DNA of 64,000 nt from Bacillota bacterium (GTDB lineage: Bacteria > Bacillota > Proteinivoracia > UBA4975), in the NCBI GenBank assembly GCA_012523545.1, contig JAAYIH010000036.1:37978-101977 (forward strand). Reading direction: 5' to 3'. The notes below the pieces were generated by a model. The model was not told where the DNA came from and did no database searches. It was given only the letters and a program-made list of their open reading frames with translations. Position 1 is the stretch's first letter, and every line of letters starts with the position of its first letter. Shown here one piece after another: positions 62,801 through 64,000 of this stretch. The position numbers were made by a program, and so were the translations under genes.

Positions 62801-63368
62801 CCAGAAACTGGTGCAACGCCTGCAGTTTCTGACGGAGCAAAAACAGGACCTGTTGCAGGCCGAAGGAGATATCATGCACCTGGTGGAGGAACTGGACAGC
62901 ACCATCCGCACTTTATTTATGGAAACCTTTGAAGAGGTGCAGGGCCATTTCCGCCGGATTTTCCAGACCCTGTTTGAGGGCGGCAGTGCCTACCTTGCCC
63001 TCGAATCCGGTGCGGATTTACTGGAAACGGGGATTGAGATATTTGCCCGCCCCCCCGGCAAGAAAACCCAGGCCTTGTCCCTGCTTTCCGGCGGCGAAAA
63101 GTCTATGACTGCCATAGCCTTGCTCTTTGCCCTGCAATCGGCGAGGCCGTCTCCCTTTTGTATACTGGATGAAGTCGAGGCGGCGCTGGATGACGTCAAC
63201 ATCCTCAGATTTAACAAATACTTGCAGGAGCTGGCTCAAACCATGCAATTTATCCTCATTACCCACCGGCGGGAGACTATGGAGCATGCTGATTCTCTGT
63301 ACGGCATCACCATTTCCGGCCAAGGCTGGTCGCAACCTGTTTCTCTGGCCCTGAAAAAAGAGGCGTGA
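59814..63368 (+). CDS. smc: Chromosome segregation protein SMC
   Basis: GFKSF, GPNGCGKSN, hinge domain, long coiled coils, LSGGEK, LDEVEAALD. Confidence 0.97.
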   Translation: MQLLRLEIYGFKSFANRTELTFSPGITAIVGPNGCGKSNVVDAVRWVLGEQNPRNLRANKMEDLIYAGSENSAHKNFAEVSIVLDNSDKVIPLDYEEITITRRYYRSGDSEYFLNRVPCRLKDIHEVLASSPLGKGTYAIISQGQVEEVINSRPEERRLMFEDAAGIALYKVRKQEALKKLSDTRAHLTRIEDIIHELQSQEEEIRESAARAREYLDFKQQADAIEISLWAGKYHELQNRLEKLEARRQELERSRENCRAQLQAAEAALAVAAGKLQECSDCIAALEKNKAQLAGRKTELEYDMQLARQRQADYQSMIFDAQQQVSRLTAQLEEARGGIARLDAELAACGEKTAVLRDLVQRRNAGLRMLRRLLAAAERYRSNADSRILAVAVQSKEFAAQREKAAATEAELAEQIDSARRELQTREQELAQSKAEIARLEEGRERVRGQLQSLAEREAQLAKDVSLAAKLRYDEANALVRARGALQVLTQKLEMLQTMEEELQGFSAGVRAILRAGGEGKLEGILGAVSQLIQVPNPAHALAVETALGGALQYVICLDDEHCRLAIEMLKRTGQGRATLVPVSAARMRSWGARPERFAQPIVGWGDQLVRCSEQIRPVVSMLLGNVLVAENLSIAAKLATETKYRYKIVTLEGDVVSRGLYTGGSVPKGQPGLMRRKAELDDLSRRCREKEQEIEAFSKRCRAAEQDLAELERKRQQTASLREDAERELYQLEAKIEQARMRCAQARERAEDCRRRLAEQQQKLADIRSVLAGVTSRLRDDEQDLELLQGLRNDLLNLAEKCKEMDSLWTSRQNSLQLTLYSLQNQAEEQGRQRQYLDRQAREIQEQLEAARNEVAAKQEQLAQMQAKMEQSHHALAELVQGLESVAASLDGQMNIRAGLQSDIADINKRITALKEELEATNAAWHETDLRFTRWQTEAEAMVRELAAQFGKTPEEGLASLDSRYSLGELSSRLKKLRGRMEELGEVNLAAIAQHQKLVQRLQFLTEQKQDLLQAEGDIMHLVEELDSTIRTLFMETFEEVQGHFRRIFQTLFEGGSAYLALESGADLLETGIEIFARPPGKKTQALSLLSGGEKSMTAIALLFALQSARPSPFCILDEVEAALDDVNILRFNKYLQELAQTMQFILITHRRETMEHADSLYGITISGQGWSQPVSLALKKEA

Positions 63369-63379
63369 GGTTGAAGCCC

Positions 63380-64000
63380 ATGAACTTGATTGAGAAGCTG
63401 TCCAAGGGACTGAGCAAAACCCGGGAAAGAATGGCCGCGACTTTCGCTACGGTATTTGGCGGCGGGGCCGAAGCGGCCCGGGAGCTGGAATTGATGGAAG
63501 AATACTTGCTGCTGGCCGATGTCGGCCCTGTCGCCACCGCAAAGATACTGGCGGCAGCGGCAGAGAACCGGCGCACCGTTGGACTGTTGCCGGCGGTGCG
63601 AAATGAGCTGTTGCGCCTGTTGAGTTTTAATGTCCGGGATGACAAAAAGGTCAAAATTTTTGCCGGTGTAAACGGAACCGGCAAAACAACCACGGTGGGA
63701 AAGCTGGCCCATTTTTTCCGGCAACAGGGCAAGAATGTCTTTGTCATTGGCGCCGATACTTTCCGGGCGGCAGCCGATCAGCAACTGGAAGAGTGGTGCC
63801 GCAGGACCAATACGCCGGTTTTTGCGGGCAAGCCTGGTAGCGACCCTGCTTCGGTGGTTTTCGACGGGCTACATTCCAACCTGGCCCGCACCGCCGATTA
63901 TGTATTGTGCGACACGGCAGGCCGTTTGCATGTCAACAAGAACCTGATGCAGGAACTGGCCAAGCTGGTGCGGGTCGCCGGCAAAGCGTGCCCGGATCAA
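63380..64000 (+). CDS. ftsY: SRP receptor FtsY, 3'-truncated by the window edge (absent from the ORF track)
   Basis: Manual translation from ATG 63380: KGLSKTR, LLLADVG, GVNGTGKTTTVGKLA, ADTFRAAA, DPASV, DTAGRLH. Confidence 0.95.
   Translation, partial: MNLIEKLSKGLSKTRERMAATFATVFGGGAEAARELELMEEYLLLADVGPVATAKILAAAAENRRTVGLLPAVRNELLRLLSFNVRDDKKVKIFAGVNGTGKTTTVGKLAHFFRQQGKNVFVIGADTFRAAADQQLEEWCRRTNTPVFAGKPGSDPASVVFDGLHSNLARTADYVLCDTAGRLHVNKNLMQELAKLVRVAGKACPDQ

Noticed and set aside
1-64000. CRISPR arrays, tRNA/rRNA genes, IS elements and long tandem repeats
   Set aside because: None seen by eye; intergenic gaps are short and almost all accounted for

Overview
A 64-kb, mostly core-genome window from a fairly GC-rich, endospore-forming Firmicute (Bacillota, Clostridia-like; the exact taxon cannot be determined from the sequence alone). 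Nearly all genes are on the + strand. The order is: a small copper/thiol-redox block (OsmC-like, copZ, ccdA, TlpA lipoprotein) and two hypotheticals; the dcw cluster (mraZ to ftsZ); spoIIGA-sigE-sigG-ylmC; an M23 peptidase; the ylm/divIVA block; Asp racemase-DUF5665-yteA-lspA-rluD; rqcH/yloB-yloC-remA-rpoZ; priA-def-fmt-DUF116-peptidase-rsmB-rlmN-stp-pknB-rsgA-rpe-thiN; spoVM and rpmB; yloU-fakA-recG; two SASP genes; rsmD-coaD-ylbJ-patatin-tmcAL-ackA-yceD-rpmF; fapR-plsX-degV-acpP-rnc-smc-ftsY (partial). I saw no rRNA, tRNA, CRISPR array, IS element or prophage. Best lead: a signal-peptide-less M23 peptidase behind a sigmaK-like promoter. Its C-terminal domain resembles the clostridial phage endolysin CTP1L/CD27L cell-binding domain and is preceded by its own in-frame Shine-Dalgarno and GTG, suggesting a domesticated two-product endolysin in a sporulation locus. 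Other leads: rpe (and probably the DUF116 gene) lacks a canonical start codon; a CsoR-type operator covers the ccdA RBS; an unannotated 33-aa membrane gene; spoVM with an upstream partner; a GGA-rich structured intergenic region; FapR-like boxes; and several genes (murE, murG, sepF, gmk, coaBC, pta, fabD/G) missing from their usual syntenic positions. Gene names come from recognised motifs and synteny, not database searches. Starts were re-picked by RBS position where the ORF track over-extends.
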